Source of the DNA: an uncultured delta proteobacterium
Lineage (GTDB): Bacteria; Desulfobacterota; Binatia; JACPRU01
Direction of reading: 5' to 3'
DNA: 64,000 nucleotides
Assembly: GCA_963745025.1 (NCBI GenBank)
Contig: CAVUWD010000006.1
Coordinates: forward strand, 448,001-512,000
This document shows positions 31,530-41,230 of this stretch, one piece after another. Position 1 is the first letter of the stretch. The number at the start of each line of letters is the position of its first letter. The notes under the pieces are model-generated. The model was not told where the DNA came from, did not search any database, and worked only from the letters and a program-made list of their open reading frames with translations. The position numbers were made by a program, and so were the translations under genes.

Positions 31530-32078
31530 TTGGGCTTCCTCGTATTCGCTGCTCCGGTTCGGAGCCAGCAGACACCCAGCGCTCTCGACTGGGAAAAAGC
31601 TGCCAATGAAATCCGACGGATGCGGCCTGGTGCCTTCCCCAAATTGCCGCCAGCCATCCTCAACGAACTTAATAGGAGGCAATGTACCATTCCACAGGTT
31701 GACGGATACCCCAAGCCCCATAACGTCATCAAAGGGAGTTTCACCGGCAAGGGACACATCGATTGGGCAGTCCTCTGCTCACAAGGCGGCGAGTCAAGCA
31801 TCCTAGTCTTCATGGGAAACTCTATTGAAGGGGTGTCGCAGCTTGTCAACGGTCCTGACAAAACCTGGCTCCAGACTGTTGGGGAGGGGAAAATCGGTTA
31901 TTCCCGGATGATTTCCGCTGTGAACGAAGTAAGTATTACCCGCTATCACAGAGAGTTTGGTGGGCCGAAACCGCCCCCCATCGACCATCAAGGGATTGAA
32001 GATTCTTTCGTGGGGAAAGCATCCGTCATTCTTTATTACTACGGGGGTCAGTGGATAGAGCTAACCGGCGCTGACTGA
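31530..32078 (+). CDS. Hypothetical exported protein (start uncertain)
   Basis: Lower GC; GSFTGKGHIDWAVLC; hydrophobic N-terminus. Confidence 0.7.
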   Translation: MGFLVFAAPVRSQQTPSALDWEKAANEIRRMRPGAFPKLPPAILNELNRRQCTIPQVDGYPKPHNVIKGSFTGKGHIDWAVLCSQGGESSILVFMGNSIEGVSQLVNGPDKTWLQTVGEGKIGYSRMISAVNEVSITRYHREFGGPKPPPIDHQGIEDSFVGKASVILYYYGGQWIELTGAD

Positions 32079-32081
32079 GCT

Positions 32082-32363
32082 TTGCGTACGCACACGGGAA
32101 ACGGCGCCAAGCGCTCCCTCCAGCGCCATTCGCAGCCGGTCCGGTTTTTGTGGATCGCGATCGTCCTACTCGCTTTCAACCTGGCAGTGACCATAGCGAG
32201 TTGCTCTCGGCCCACGGTCACAAAGAGGATCGAATACAAGATCGCTCAGGCCGGACCGAACGTGGGACCGAAGGAGATCGAGGAGGTCCTGAATCAGCTC
32301 GGCCAGGACGCCTGGATACTCGTACACACGCTGCCAGGCCTCGGATTCATTCTACGGCGCTGA
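32082..32363 (+). CDS. Small lipoprotein-like protein, DUF4177-like
   Basis: IASC; IEYKI...EEVLNQLGQDAWILV. Confidence 0.55.
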   Translation: MRTHTGNGAKRSLQRHSQPVRFLWIAIVLLAFNLAVTIASCSRPTVTKRIEYKIAQAGPNVGPKEIEEVLNQLGQDAWILVHTLPGLGFILRR

Positions 32364-32499
32364 GGTGAGGCGGCGTGACTCCAAACAGCGCGAATGACCA
32401 AAGAGGGACAACCGTTGCGGATAGGCGGGACAAGCGGCCTGGTTGACGTAATCGCTCCATATCCGACGCTGCCGAACCGACGAGAGACCCCGTTTTTAC

Positions 32500-32786
32500 G
32501 GTCGTGGGCGTTCACGCACATGATCTTCGCGTTGCACTACGCGCACGACTTCTACCACGAGAGCGGCGGCAAGGGCGGCGGCCTCGCGTTTCCCGGCGGA
32601 GAGGAGCCTGACTATTGGGACTTCGTCTACTTCTCGTTCGTGATCGGGATGACTTCGCAAGTTTCCGACGTGGCGATCGTCTCCAAGCCGATGCGCCGGA
32701 CGGCAGCCGCGCATGGAATCGTCTCCTTCGTGTTCAACGCGGCGTTACTGGCGCTGACCGTCAACATCGCCGCGAGCGCGATCTAG
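32500..32786 (+). pseudogene. DUF1345 membrane protein, C-terminal fragment
   Basis: SWAFTHMIFALHYAH, PDYWDFVYFSFVIGMTSQVSD; N-terminal half absent. Confidence 0.8.
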
Positions 32787-32872
32787 CCTGACGGTGCGGC
32801 GATCGTTGCGTACGGAGGGACCGTGGGCCACCGTGACCGACAGGTCGATCGGGCTTCCGAAGGAGCCCACAT

Positions 32873-33226
32873 ATGGGGACCCGCGATGAGGCATCGAACG
32901 CGCCGTGCGTCACAACGCTCGTCGGCTTGACGCGCTATGCGCATCTGCGGTTCTATTGCCCCTTGAGCCACCTTTTCCTTCGCGTCGAGCATCACTCAAC
33001 TTCTCGGTCTACCGGCGAGCAACGGCTTTGGACTGCTCTTCTCGACGACGCCCTGAAAGTCTGCCGTGGTCGAAAACCTGCGTCGGACGACGAAAGGAAG
33101 AGAGCTATCGCCTGGATCGCTCGCAGGTCGGACGACGTGGCAGGGTTCGACTGGTGCTGCCGGGCGCTTGGGATCGACCCATCGGCGGCGCATGCCTGCA
33201 TCGGTGAGCAAGGGCTCAGAGCGTAG
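32873..33226 (+). CDS. Hypothetical protein
   Basis: EQRLWTALLDDAL...AIAWI...FDWCCRALGIDP. Confidence 0.55.
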   Translation: MGTRDEASNAPCVTTLVGLTRYAHLRFYCPLSHLFLRVEHHSTSRSTGEQRLWTALLDDALKVCRGRKPASDDERKRAIAWIARRSDDVAGFDWCCRALGIDPSAAHACIGEQGLRA

Positions 33227-33532
33227 CACGAGATCCCCAGGGGGCCGAGACGACCTGCAGTAGTTGCAATCACAGCGCCTGGCCTCCTTTCGAGCCGGTG
33301 CTCGATTTGCTTGCGGTCGAACATGATGAAACCAACCAAAGGGGGACCCAATCACTTTAAGTTCTCGCTGGTCGGGGTGGTTTTTGAGAGATCACTTGAC
33401 CTTTGGTAATGACTCGGGAGCCGCCGAAGGTGTTGATGTCGACCATAGTAAGCAACAATGCCTACGCGTCGCAGAGCGCTGGGACCGGAGTCAGTACCAA
33501 GTCTTCAGACGGAATAAGGAGGAGGACCATTC

Positions 33533-34426
33533 ATGCGCCGCAATATCGAATTCAATGCCGACGGCGTGACGCTGCGCGGCTGGCTTTATGTGCCCGACCA
33601 GAAGACCGGGAAGTTGCCGGTGGTGGTGATGGCGCACGGCTTCACCGCGCTCAAGGAAATGACCCTCGACCGCTACGCCGACGTGTTCTGCAAGGGCGGG
33701 CTGGCGGTGCTGGTCTACGACAACCGCTGCTTGGGTGACAGCGACGGCACGCCGCGACACGACATCGACCCGGTGGCGCAGCGCCGCGATTACCGTTGCG
33801 CCATCACCTTCGCTCAGCAGGAGCCCGAGGTCGATCCGGCACGCGTAGGGATCTGGGGTACCAGCTACACCGGCGGTACGGTGCTCGGCGTGGCGGCGCT
33901 CGACAAGCGCGTGAAGGCAGTGGTCAGCCAGGTGCCCTTCGTGCACGGGCCGAAGAACATTCTGCAATTCCTGCGCCTGGCGGAGATCCCTGACTTTCTC
34001 AAGATGATCGACGAGGATCGCGAGCGCCGCATGAAGGGCGAGCCCTCACGCTACATCCCCGTGACGAGCGACAAGGAGGGTGAGTCTGCCGCCTTCCCCG
34101 GCAGGCGCACGCACAACTACTTCCACGACTACGTGAAGCAGGTGCCCGGCCTGAAGTGGGAAAACAAAGTCACAATCCGCTCGCTGGAGTACCTGCTCGA
34201 TTTTGACGTCACGGGATACATGGAGCTGATCAGCCCCACGCCGCTGCTGATGATCGTCTCCAGCAACGATTCATCAACCCCCACCGATCTGGCGCTGGAG
34301 ATGTACCAGCGGGCGCGCGATCCCAAGGAGCTGTACATCGTCAAAGCGGATCACTATGCCTCGTATCTTGAGGGCTTCGACGGCACCAGCGCGGCGGCGC
34401 GCGATTTCTTTGTGAGGAATCTGTGA
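33533..34426 (+). CDS. Alpha/beta hydrolase (X-Pro peptidase/S15-like)
   Basis: VVMAHGF, YDNRCLGDSDG, WGTSYTGG nucleophile elbow; AAGGAGG RBS. Confidence 0.9.
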   Translation: MRRNIEFNADGVTLRGWLYVPDQKTGKLPVVVMAHGFTALKEMTLDRYADVFCKGGLAVLVYDNRCLGDSDGTPRHDIDPVAQRRDYRCAITFAQQEPEVDPARVGIWGTSYTGGTVLGVAALDKRVKAVVSQVPFVHGPKNILQFLRLAEIPDFLKMIDEDRERRMKGEPSRYIPVTSDKEGESAAFPGRRTHNYFHDYVKQVPGLKWENKVTIRSLEYLLDFDVTGYMELISPTPLLMIVSSNDSSTPTDLALEMYQRARDPKELYIVKADHYASYLEGFDGTSAAARDFFVRNL

Positions 34427-34587
34427 CGCTGCTCGTGTCCGTCCTCACCCGTTTGCGCGCCCCACGCGTCGCGCTCAAGCGGTCCTTCGGTACGCAGCGG
34501 CGCGCATCGCCGAGGCATTTGCCAGGATCGAGGCGCTGGTAGCTAGCTGATTTTTGACGAACTGCAAATCAACAGCAAGGAGGTCGT

Positions 34588-35034
34588 ATGGCGAGGCGGA
34601 GAAGACGGGGCGGATTGCAGAAGCTCGGAGCCGATGTTCTTGCCTTAGTAGCGAGCGCTCGCGACGCTAGCAAGGCGGCGCTCCAGGAACTGCGTAGAGA
34701 AATAAGCGTAACAAGACGTTTCTTAGAGAAGCTCATGGCGGAGGAGCGGAGCTTCAGGAGTGAACTATTCGGAGGCGGCGGACCGGGTAGACCACGAGGA
34801 GCGGGCAGGCCCCCGAAGGTTGGCCGACCGCCGGGTGGAGTAACAGCGGTTCGAAGAGCCGCTCGGCGCAAAGGACCTCCGAAGGCTGACCGTTATTACA
34901 AAAAGCTGCCGAGCAAATTTACTATCGACCATGTGCGCAAGCTCGCGGGGAAGGCGGCGGGCATCAGCTTGGCGCAGTGGGCGAGATCGAAGAAGATCAA
35001 GAAGACGGCGAGCGGGTACGAGAAGGTAGCGTAG
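34588..35034 (+). CDS. Basic putative DNA-binding protein (coiled coil + AT-hook-like GRP motifs)
   Basis: AAGGAGG RBS; PGRPRGAGRPPKVGRPP; Lys/Arg-rich. Confidence 0.75.
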   Translation: MARRRRRGGLQKLGADVLALVASARDASKAALQELRREISVTRRFLEKLMAEERSFRSELFGGGGPGRPRGAGRPPKVGRPPGGVTAVRRAARRKGPPKADRYYKKLPSKFTIDHVRKLAGKAAGISLAQWARSKKIKKTASGYEKVA

Positions 35035-35047
35035 CGCGGCGAAACGA

Positions 35048-35080
35048 AGAGGGCTGCACATGTCATGCAGCCCTCTCTTG
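35048..35080 (+). terminator. Hairpin terminator
   Basis: AGAGGGCTGCA-catgtca-TGCAGCCCTCT then pyrimidines. Confidence 0.65.
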
Positions 35081-35213
35081 TGTCCGGTCGATTAGTCCGG
35101 AAGCGAGAGATTAGTCACGGTCGCCCGCACGACGCACGGGAGATTTCCACGGGCTTCCACGAGTCGTTCGCGCCCATGGCGCTGCCCGCGGATTTCTTAC
35201 CGTGACGTCTGCT

Positions 35214-35822
35214 TTAGTCTTGCTTGTCATCCCCGGCTTTAGGGAGGTTCAGGGTGCCGTCATCGCTGGAGGTGAATTGGATAAGCCCCCCGAAGGCTCC
35301 CGAGATGCCGTTAAACCCGAACTGCAAATAGCTCCCGGTAGCATGAAACTCAATTGTCCCAGTCGCGCCTGCGTATTTCCCCGTTCCCCCAATGGCCTCG
35401 GTCTGCCCCGAGGAGGTAAACGTCAAAGGAAGGGTCGACGCATGGAGACAGAGCGTCTGCTGGGAATTCATAAGAAAGAGCTGATCCTCGGTTTTCTCGT
35501 CTGTCCAAACGCCACGTTGTTGTCCCTGGGTCGAGTCGATATGTAATTCCTCGTCTGTCCCTGGTGGACATGTGGTTACGGTGGGTTGGAGAATAAGTTC
35601 ACCCTCTTCCTGGAAGAAAAACCTAGCAATGTTACAATTCACGAGCCCTTGATCCAAGCTCGCGGATGCCCCGTCGCCGTCGGTATCGATGTTCGTTTCC
35701 ACGCCAGGAGTGCCAGTCCCAGCGCCCTTACAGTGAACTTGCAGCGTTTTGGCTTGAGCGGCGCCAATGATGGTGATGAGCAGGAGTAAGGCGATTCCCA
35801 ATGCAAAATGACGAGTCTGCAT
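35214..35822 (-). CDS. Secreted beta-rich protein (dirigent/allene oxide cyclase-like GGTG motif), paralog A
   Basis: Signal peptide; ETNIDTDGDGASA; IGGTGKYAGATG; AAGGAG RBS. Confidence 0.8.
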   Translation of the reverse strand: MQTRHFALGIALLLLITIIGAAQAKTLQVHCKGAGTGTPGVETNIDTDGDGASASLDQGLVNCNIARFFFQEEGELILQPTVTTCPPGTDEELHIDSTQGQQRGVWTDEKTEDQLFLMNSQQTLCLHASTLPLTFTSSGQTEAIGGTGKYAGATGTIEFHATGSYLQFGFNGISGAFGGLIQFTSSDDGTLNLPKAGDDKQD

Positions 35823-35953
35823 ACGATTGCTCCTTTTCGATCGGTTCTGGCGGCTTCGATGCCCAGCCAACGGTTTCAGAATGAAGAATAGTGACGGTAG
35901 CGTTGGTACACATACCAACGTCCGCCACGCGGGACGAGGGAACGAAGTGAAAT

Positions 35954-36331
35954 CTAGTAGGGATCTATGAAGGAAGTGCCCGAAGTTCGTCGCTCAACTG
36001 AGGGGCGTCGCTTCGAGGGCACGGGATGCTGGTCGCGGAGCGCCAGAGGCGATCTCGCGGCTACCGAAAGGCGCTCTGCTCTGAACTCCGTTGCGTCGCC
36101 CACGCTTTCAGCGAGCCCATTCTCGTGCTTCGAGAAGTCCTCGGTTGAGTCGTTCGGCGACTCGCAAAGAAGGGAGCCGTCTGAATCGTTGTCGACATCG
36201 TCGCAGACAATCGGGGTGATCTCGTAAGAGTACTCGATCGTCGCGGGCCCTATTGCAAAGAGGAATAGTGTGCCGCTCAGAAAAGACGTGAAGCGGGCTC
36301 GACAACTATTGGAAGGGCTTTGACAATGCAT
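35954..36331 (-). CDS. Leader-like ORF upstream of paralog A
   Basis: Homologous to 54184-54591 (LFLFA.G, YSYEI.P, DFSKHE, RDQHP.P, ERR.SG, DP[YH]*). Confidence 0.6.
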   Translation of the reverse strand: MHCQSPSNSCRARFTSFLSGTLFLFAIGPATIEYSYEITPIVCDDVDNDSDGSLLCESPNDSTEDFSKHENGLAESVGDATEFRAERLSVAARSPLALRDQHPVPSKRRPSVERRTSGTSFIDPY

Positions 36332-36481
36332 AGCTAAGGCAAGTCTCAGTCCCTAGGAGAAAACTGCTAAGGCACCTGTCTGCACTGTTGTCAAGAGAAT
36401 TCGTACAATTTCGGTAAGGCCTCAGTCTCCGTAGGGGGAGGAAGGCTTGCGTGTTACGTATGTCTTATGCATACGTAAGGC

Positions 36482-36799
36482 ATGGACGACGTTACCCGGT
36501 TCCTGGAGGAGATCAGGAAGCTTTGGCCGGTGGCGCGGGGCACCTTGGCCGAGGTTGCCAAGCCGTGCATTCGGCGGGGCTGTGCAGCCTGTGAACGCGG
36601 CGAGAAGCACGCGGCGTTCAACTTCACCTTTCGCAAGGGCACGAAGCGTCGCTGCCTGTACGTGCCCCGCGAGCTGGTACCGACACTGGAACGAGCACTC
36701 GAGAACGGGCGGCGCGTCGAAGAGCGAATGGTGGAGATCGCCGAGGGGCTGATCCTGGCGCACCGCCGCACGCGAAAGCGGCGACCCCCGACACGATAG
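36482..36799 (+). CDS. DUF6788-like IS accessory protein
   Basis: RGTL..PCIRRGCAAC..GEKH..YVP. Confidence 0.75.
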   Translation: MDDVTRFLEEIRKLWPVARGTLAEVAKPCIRRGCAACERGEKHAAFNFTFRKGTKRRCLYVPRELVPTLERALENGRRVEERMVEIAEGLILAHRRTRKRRPPTR

Positions 36800-36818
36800 G
36801 CGCAGCGCGGGACGGGCG

Positions 36819-38225
36819 GTGGTGGGCGGCGAGGGATACTGCAGGGCATGCCTGGAGAAGCAGCGCGAGATCGATGGTCTGACGGAACAGATCAAGCTTC
36901 TTCGCGATCGACTTCGCTACCAGGAGCGCATCGCGCGCGCGGAAGGTCCCTTCGGCTCCTCGACCCCGTCGTCGAAGATCCCCCTCAAAGCCAACACCGA
37001 GCTCTCGCTCGAGGATCGACAAGCCCGTCGCGGCGGTGCCAAACCCGGGCACGTGGGACACGGACGGAGAACGGCGAAGGAGAGCGAGGCGGACGAGGTC
37101 GTAACTCTCGAAGTGGCCGAACAAACCTGCCCGCACTGCGGCGTGGAGCTCGAAGAGCGCCGCTTCGAGCCTCGCACCGTGATCGACATCCCACCGCCAC
37201 GGACGCGCACGATCCTCTACCGACTCGGCGCCCGGCGCTGTCCTCGCTGTCGGCGCCACTTCCGCGCTCGCGCTCCGGAGGGGGTATTACCCCGCGCGCT
37301 TCTCGGCAACCAGCTGCTCGCCCATCTCGCCGTGCAGCATTACCTCTTCGGCGTTCCGCTCGGGCGCCTCGAAGCGCAGATTTCCATCGGCTACGGCACC
37401 CTCGTCGGGGCGCTCCATCGGCTCGCACGGCTATTCGCCGCTGTGCCCGAACGGCTCGTGCTGGAGTACCGAGCCTCGCCCGTCAAGCACGCTGACGAAA
37501 CGGGTTGGAGAAACGATGGGCACAACGGCTACGCGTGGCTGTTCGCCACGGCTACGATCAGCATCTTCCGCTTCCGCTCTACGCGCTCAGCCTCCGTCGC
37601 ACAGGAGGTCTTCGGCACCGGCCCGCTCCCCGGCGTCCTCGGCGTCGACCGCTACAACGGTTACAACAAGGCGCCCGTGGCTCTGCAGTATTGCTACGCG
37701 CACCTGCTGCGCGAGGTCCAGGACTGCGGCCGAGAGTTTGAAGACAACGCCGAGGTCCAGCTCTTCGTCGACACCTTCGCCCCCTTGCTCGCAACTGCCA
37801 TGACACTACGACGCATCGCTATCAGCGACGACGATTTCCGCCGCCAGGCCGGTGCTCTGAAACAACAGATCCTCGATGCCGTCGGGGCACCCGCCCTCCA
37901 CCCTGCCATCCACCGCCTCCAGGGCATCTTTCGCGATCACCCCGAGCGGCTCTACCACTGGGCTGCCGACCGCTCCGTGCCGGCTGACAACAACCTCGCC
38001 GAGCGCGAGCTGCGACCGCTGATCATCGCCCGCAAGGTGAGCTTCGGCTCGCAGTCCGATGCTGGCGCCCGCACCCGCGAGATCCTCATGACGACGCTCG
38101 TCACGCTACGCCGTCGCCACCCTGATGACTACGGGCAGCGATTCAAAGCTGCCCTCGATCGCCTCGCTCTCGATCCCTCCGCTGACACCTACCGCCTCCT
38201 CTTCCGCAATCACTCGCCTCCGTGA
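36819..38225 (+). CDS. IS66 family transposase (TnpC)
   Basis: SSTPSS, GAKPGH, CPHC..CPRC, HADETGW, CYAHLLR, DNNLAERELR. Confidence 0.93.
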   Translation: MVGGEGYCRACLEKQREIDGLTEQIKLLRDRLRYQERIARAEGPFGSSTPSSKIPLKANTELSLEDRQARRGGAKPGHVGHGRRTAKESEADEVVTLEVAEQTCPHCGVELEERRFEPRTVIDIPPPRTRTILYRLGARRCPRCRRHFRARAPEGVLPRALLGNQLLAHLAVQHYLFGVPLGRLEAQISIGYGTLVGALHRLARLFAAVPERLVLEYRASPVKHADETGWRNDGHNGYAWLFATATISIFRFRSTRSASVAQEVFGTGPLPGVLGVDRYNGYNKAPVALQYCYAHLLREVQDCGREFEDNAEVQLFVDTFAPLLATAMTLRRIAISDDDFRRQAGALKQQILDAVGAPALHPAIHRLQGIFRDHPERLYHWAADRSVPADNNLAERELRPLIIARKVSFGSQSDAGARTREILMTTLVTLRRRHPDDYGQRFKAALDRLALDPSADTYRLLFRNHSPP

Positions 38226-38371
38226 TCGCGGCCTCCTCCCCATCCTCGCTGGTCGTGCCGGCCGCACGCCCCTACGACGGAGACTGAGGCCTTACCTTCT
38301 GGAGTAAGGCCTCAGTCTCCGTAGGGGGAGGAAGGCTTGCGTGTTACGTATGTCTTATGCATACGTAAGGC

Positions 38372-38689
38372 ATGGACGACGTTACCCGGTTCCTGGAGGA
38401 GATCAGGAAGCTTTGGCCGGTGGCGCGGGGCACCTTGGCCGAGGTTGCCAAGCCGTGCATTCGGCGGGGCTGTGCAGCCTGTGAACGCGGCGAGAAGCAC
38501 GCGGCGTTCAACTTCACCTTTCGCAAGGGCACGAAGCGTCGCTGCCTGTACGTGCCCCGCGAGCTGGTACCGACACTGGAACGAGCACTCGAGAACGGGC
38601 GGCGCGTCGAAGAGCGAATGGTGGAGATCGCCGAGGGGCTGATCCTGGCGCACCGCCGCACGCGAAAGCGGCGACCCCCGACACGATAG
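38372..38689 (+). CDS. DUF6788-like IS accessory protein
   Basis: Same protein as copy 1. Confidence 0.75.
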   Translation: MDDVTRFLEEIRKLWPVARGTLAEVAKPCIRRGCAACERGEKHAAFNFTFRKGTKRRCLYVPRELVPTLERALENGRRVEERMVEIAEGLILAHRRTRKRRPPTR

Positions 38690-38708
38690 GCGCAGCGCGG
38701 GACGGGCG

Positions 38709-40115
38709 GTGGTGGGCGGCGAGGGATACTGCAGGGCATGCCTGGAGAAGCAGCGCGAGATCGATGGTCTGACGGAACAGATCAAGCTTCTTCGCGATCG
38801 ACTTCGCTACCAGGAGCGCATCGCGCGCGCGGAAGGTCCCTTCGGCTCCTCGACCCCGTCGTCGAAGATCCCCCTCAAAGCCAACACCGAGCTCTCGCTC
38901 GAGGATCGACAAGCCCGTCGCGGCGGTGCCAAACCCGGGCACGTGGGACACGGACGGAGAACGGCGAAGGAGAGCGAGGCGGACGAGGTCGTAACTCTCG
39001 AAGTGGCCGAACAAACCTGCCCGCACTGCGGCGTGGAGCTCGAAGAGCGCCGCTTCGAGCCTCGCACCGTGATCGACATCCCACCGCCACGGACGCGCAC
39101 GATCCTCTACCGACTCGGCGCCCGGCGCTGTCCTCGCTGTCGGCGCCACTTCCGCGCTCGCGCTCCGGAGGGGGTATTACCCCGCGCGCTTCTCGGCAAC
39201 CAGCTGCTCGCCCATCTCGCCGTGCAGCATTACCTCTTCGGCGTTCCGCTCGGGCGCCTCGAAGCGCAGATTTCCATCGGCTACGGCACCCTCGTCGGGG
39301 CGCTCCATCGGCTCGCACGGCTATTCGCCGCTGTGCCCGAACGGCTCGTGCTGGAGTACCGAGCCTCGCCCGTCAAGCACGCTGACGAAACGGGTTGGAG
39401 AAACGATGGGCACAACGGCTACGCGTGGCTGTTCGCCACGGCTACGATCAGCATCTTCCGCTTCCGCTCTACGCGCTCAGCCTCCGTCGCACAGGAGGTC
39501 TTCGGCACCGGCCCGCTCCCCGGCGTCCTCGGCGTCGACCGCTACAACGGTTACAACAAGGCGCCCGTGGCTCTGCAGTATTGCTACGCGCACCTGCTGC
39601 GCGAGGTCCAGGACTGCGGCCGAGAGTTTGAAGACAACGCCGAGGTCCAGCTCTTCGTCGACACCTTCGCCCCCTTGCTCGCAACTGCCATGACACTACG
39701 ACGCATCGCTATCAGCGACGACGATTTCCGCCGCCAGGCCGGTGCTCTGAAACAACAGATCCTCGATGCCGTCGGGGCACCCGCCCTCCACCCTGCCATC
39801 CACCGCCTCCAGGGTATCTTTCGCGATCACCCCGAGCGGCTCTACCACTGGGCTGCCGACCGCTCCGTGCCGGCTGACAACAACCTCGCCGAGCGCGAGC
39901 TGCGACCGCTGATCATCGCCCGCAAGGTGAGCTTCGGCTCGCAGTCCGATGCTGGCGCCCGCACCCGCGAGATCCTCATGACGACGCTCGTCACGCTACG
40001 CCGTCGCCACCCTGATGACTACGGGCAGCGATTCAAAGCTGCCCTCGATCGCCTCGCTCTCGATCCCTCCGCTGACACCTACCGCCTCCTCTTCCGCAAT
40101 CACTCGCCTCCGTGA
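38709..40115 (+). CDS. IS66 family transposase (TnpC)
   Basis: Same protein as copy 1. Confidence 0.93.
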   Translation: MVGGEGYCRACLEKQREIDGLTEQIKLLRDRLRYQERIARAEGPFGSSTPSSKIPLKANTELSLEDRQARRGGAKPGHVGHGRRTAKESEADEVVTLEVAEQTCPHCGVELEERRFEPRTVIDIPPPRTRTILYRLGARRCPRCRRHFRARAPEGVLPRALLGNQLLAHLAVQHYLFGVPLGRLEAQISIGYGTLVGALHRLARLFAAVPERLVLEYRASPVKHADETGWRNDGHNGYAWLFATATISIFRFRSTRSASVAQEVFGTGPLPGVLGVDRYNGYNKAPVALQYCYAHLLREVQDCGREFEDNAEVQLFVDTFAPLLATAMTLRRIAISDDDFRRQAGALKQQILDAVGAPALHPAIHRLQGIFRDHPERLYHWAADRSVPADNNLAERELRPLIIARKVSFGSQSDAGARTREILMTTLVTLRRRHPDDYGQRFKAALDRLALDPSADTYRLLFRNHSPP

Positions 40116-40273
40116 TCGCGGCCTCCTCCCCATCCTCGCTGGTCGTGCCGGCCGCACGCCCCTACGACGGAGACTGAGGCCTTACCTTCTGGAGTGGATT
40201 TCCTTTGCTTGCGAGCCCCCGAGGGTGCTAGCGTTGTGGTCCTTTTCAGGAGCCACAAAGAAACGGAAGGCCC

Positions 40274-41134
40274 GTGAAGGCACTCGGTGTCGTGTTGGTG
40301 GCATCCCTCCTCGCCTTCGAGGGCCCGGCGCTCGCCAAGACGGTTACGAAGTCCAAGAGCTATAGTCTTCCGACCTCATCGCCGGACGGTAAGGCGACGT
40401 GCACGGTCATCGTCGTGGGGAAGAAGCTTGCGAACACCGACGCCGACCTCACCATCGGGCTCAACGCGCAGGCCGACGAGGCGCAGATCGCGTCCCTGCA
40501 GATCGGCTCCGGGACCTTTCCCGCGTGCGACGCCTTTCCCGACAGCCCGAGCCAGACCACGATCCCGGTGCCAAAACGGAAAAGGTCTTTCCGCTTCGAG
40601 TGGAACATGGACGTCCACTCGCATCCGGGCTCCGACTGCTCCGTGGGGGACTTGGCGACCGGCGTCGTGACCGCAACGCTCAAGGGACCGAACATCCGCA
40701 AGAGGAAGTTCAAGCTCCAGGGCGACTGCTTCTCCCCACCGCCCCCGCCAACGCCGACCCCGACGCCAGCGAGCGGGTCGCTGGAGGGAACGTACGCAGG
40801 GACCTGGACGTACCCCTTCTTTTGCGACCCCCAGCCCCAGAACTGTTCGGGGGGGGTGGATTTTGGGAAGGTGTACGTCTTCGGGGGCGCGAATGGACAG
40901 GATCGCCTGCTGATTCAGGCGCTCAACTTCGGCAACTGTTGGGCGCTCACCGTCGCGCCTAACGGAAGCCTTACAGGCGCAATCGACCAGAGCAATTCCG
41001 CATGCGCGAGCCTACCTGGCTACACTCTCGACGGCACTCTGACGGGAGGGCATCTCGCCTTCGAAATCGTGCTCGGAGGAGTCGTCTATTGGACTTTCGA
41101 CGGATCATGGATCTGTCCAGACCAGTGCTTCTGA
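40274..41134 (+). CDS. Secreted two-domain hypothetical protein with Pro/Thr linker
   Basis: Signal peptide ending ALA; SPPPPPTPTPTP linker; paired Cys. Confidence 0.75.
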   Translation: MKALGVVLVASLLAFEGPALAKTVTKSKSYSLPTSSPDGKATCTVIVVGKKLANTDADLTIGLNAQADEAQIASLQIGSGTFPACDAFPDSPSQTTIPVPKRKRSFRFEWNMDVHSHPGSDCSVGDLATGVVTATLKGPNIRKRKFKLQGDCFSPPPPPTPTPTPASGSLEGTYAGTWTYPFFCDPQPQNCSGGVDFGKVYVFGGANGQDRLLIQALNFGNCWALTVAPNGSLTGAIDQSNSACASLPGYTLDGTLTGGHLAFEIVLGGVVYWTFDGSWICPDQCF

Positions 41135-41230
41135 CCTGAGCCGCGCTCTCCTTGCCCTCCACCATCGGCCGGGCGCGCAACGTCTTCTAGCCTTGATTCT
41201 TCCAGGCTACCGTTGCGTCCATGTTCACAC

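Larger units (their letters stand above)
36414..38295 (+). mobile_element. IS66-family element, copy 1
   Basis: 19-bp terminal IR GTAAGGCCTCAGTCTCCGT; accessory ORF plus TnpC. Confidence 0.93.
38304..40185 (+). mobile_element. IS66-family element, copy 2, flanked by 8-bp direct repeat CTTCTGGA
   Basis: Same IRs; CTTCTGGA at 38296-38303 and 40186-40193; one synonymous difference from copy 1 seen (37925 C vs 39815 T). Confidence 0.93.

Noticed and set aside
36335-36375. CTAAGGCA motifs resembling the IS66 IR upstream of the insertion
   Set aside because: Similarity too weak to support target-site preference
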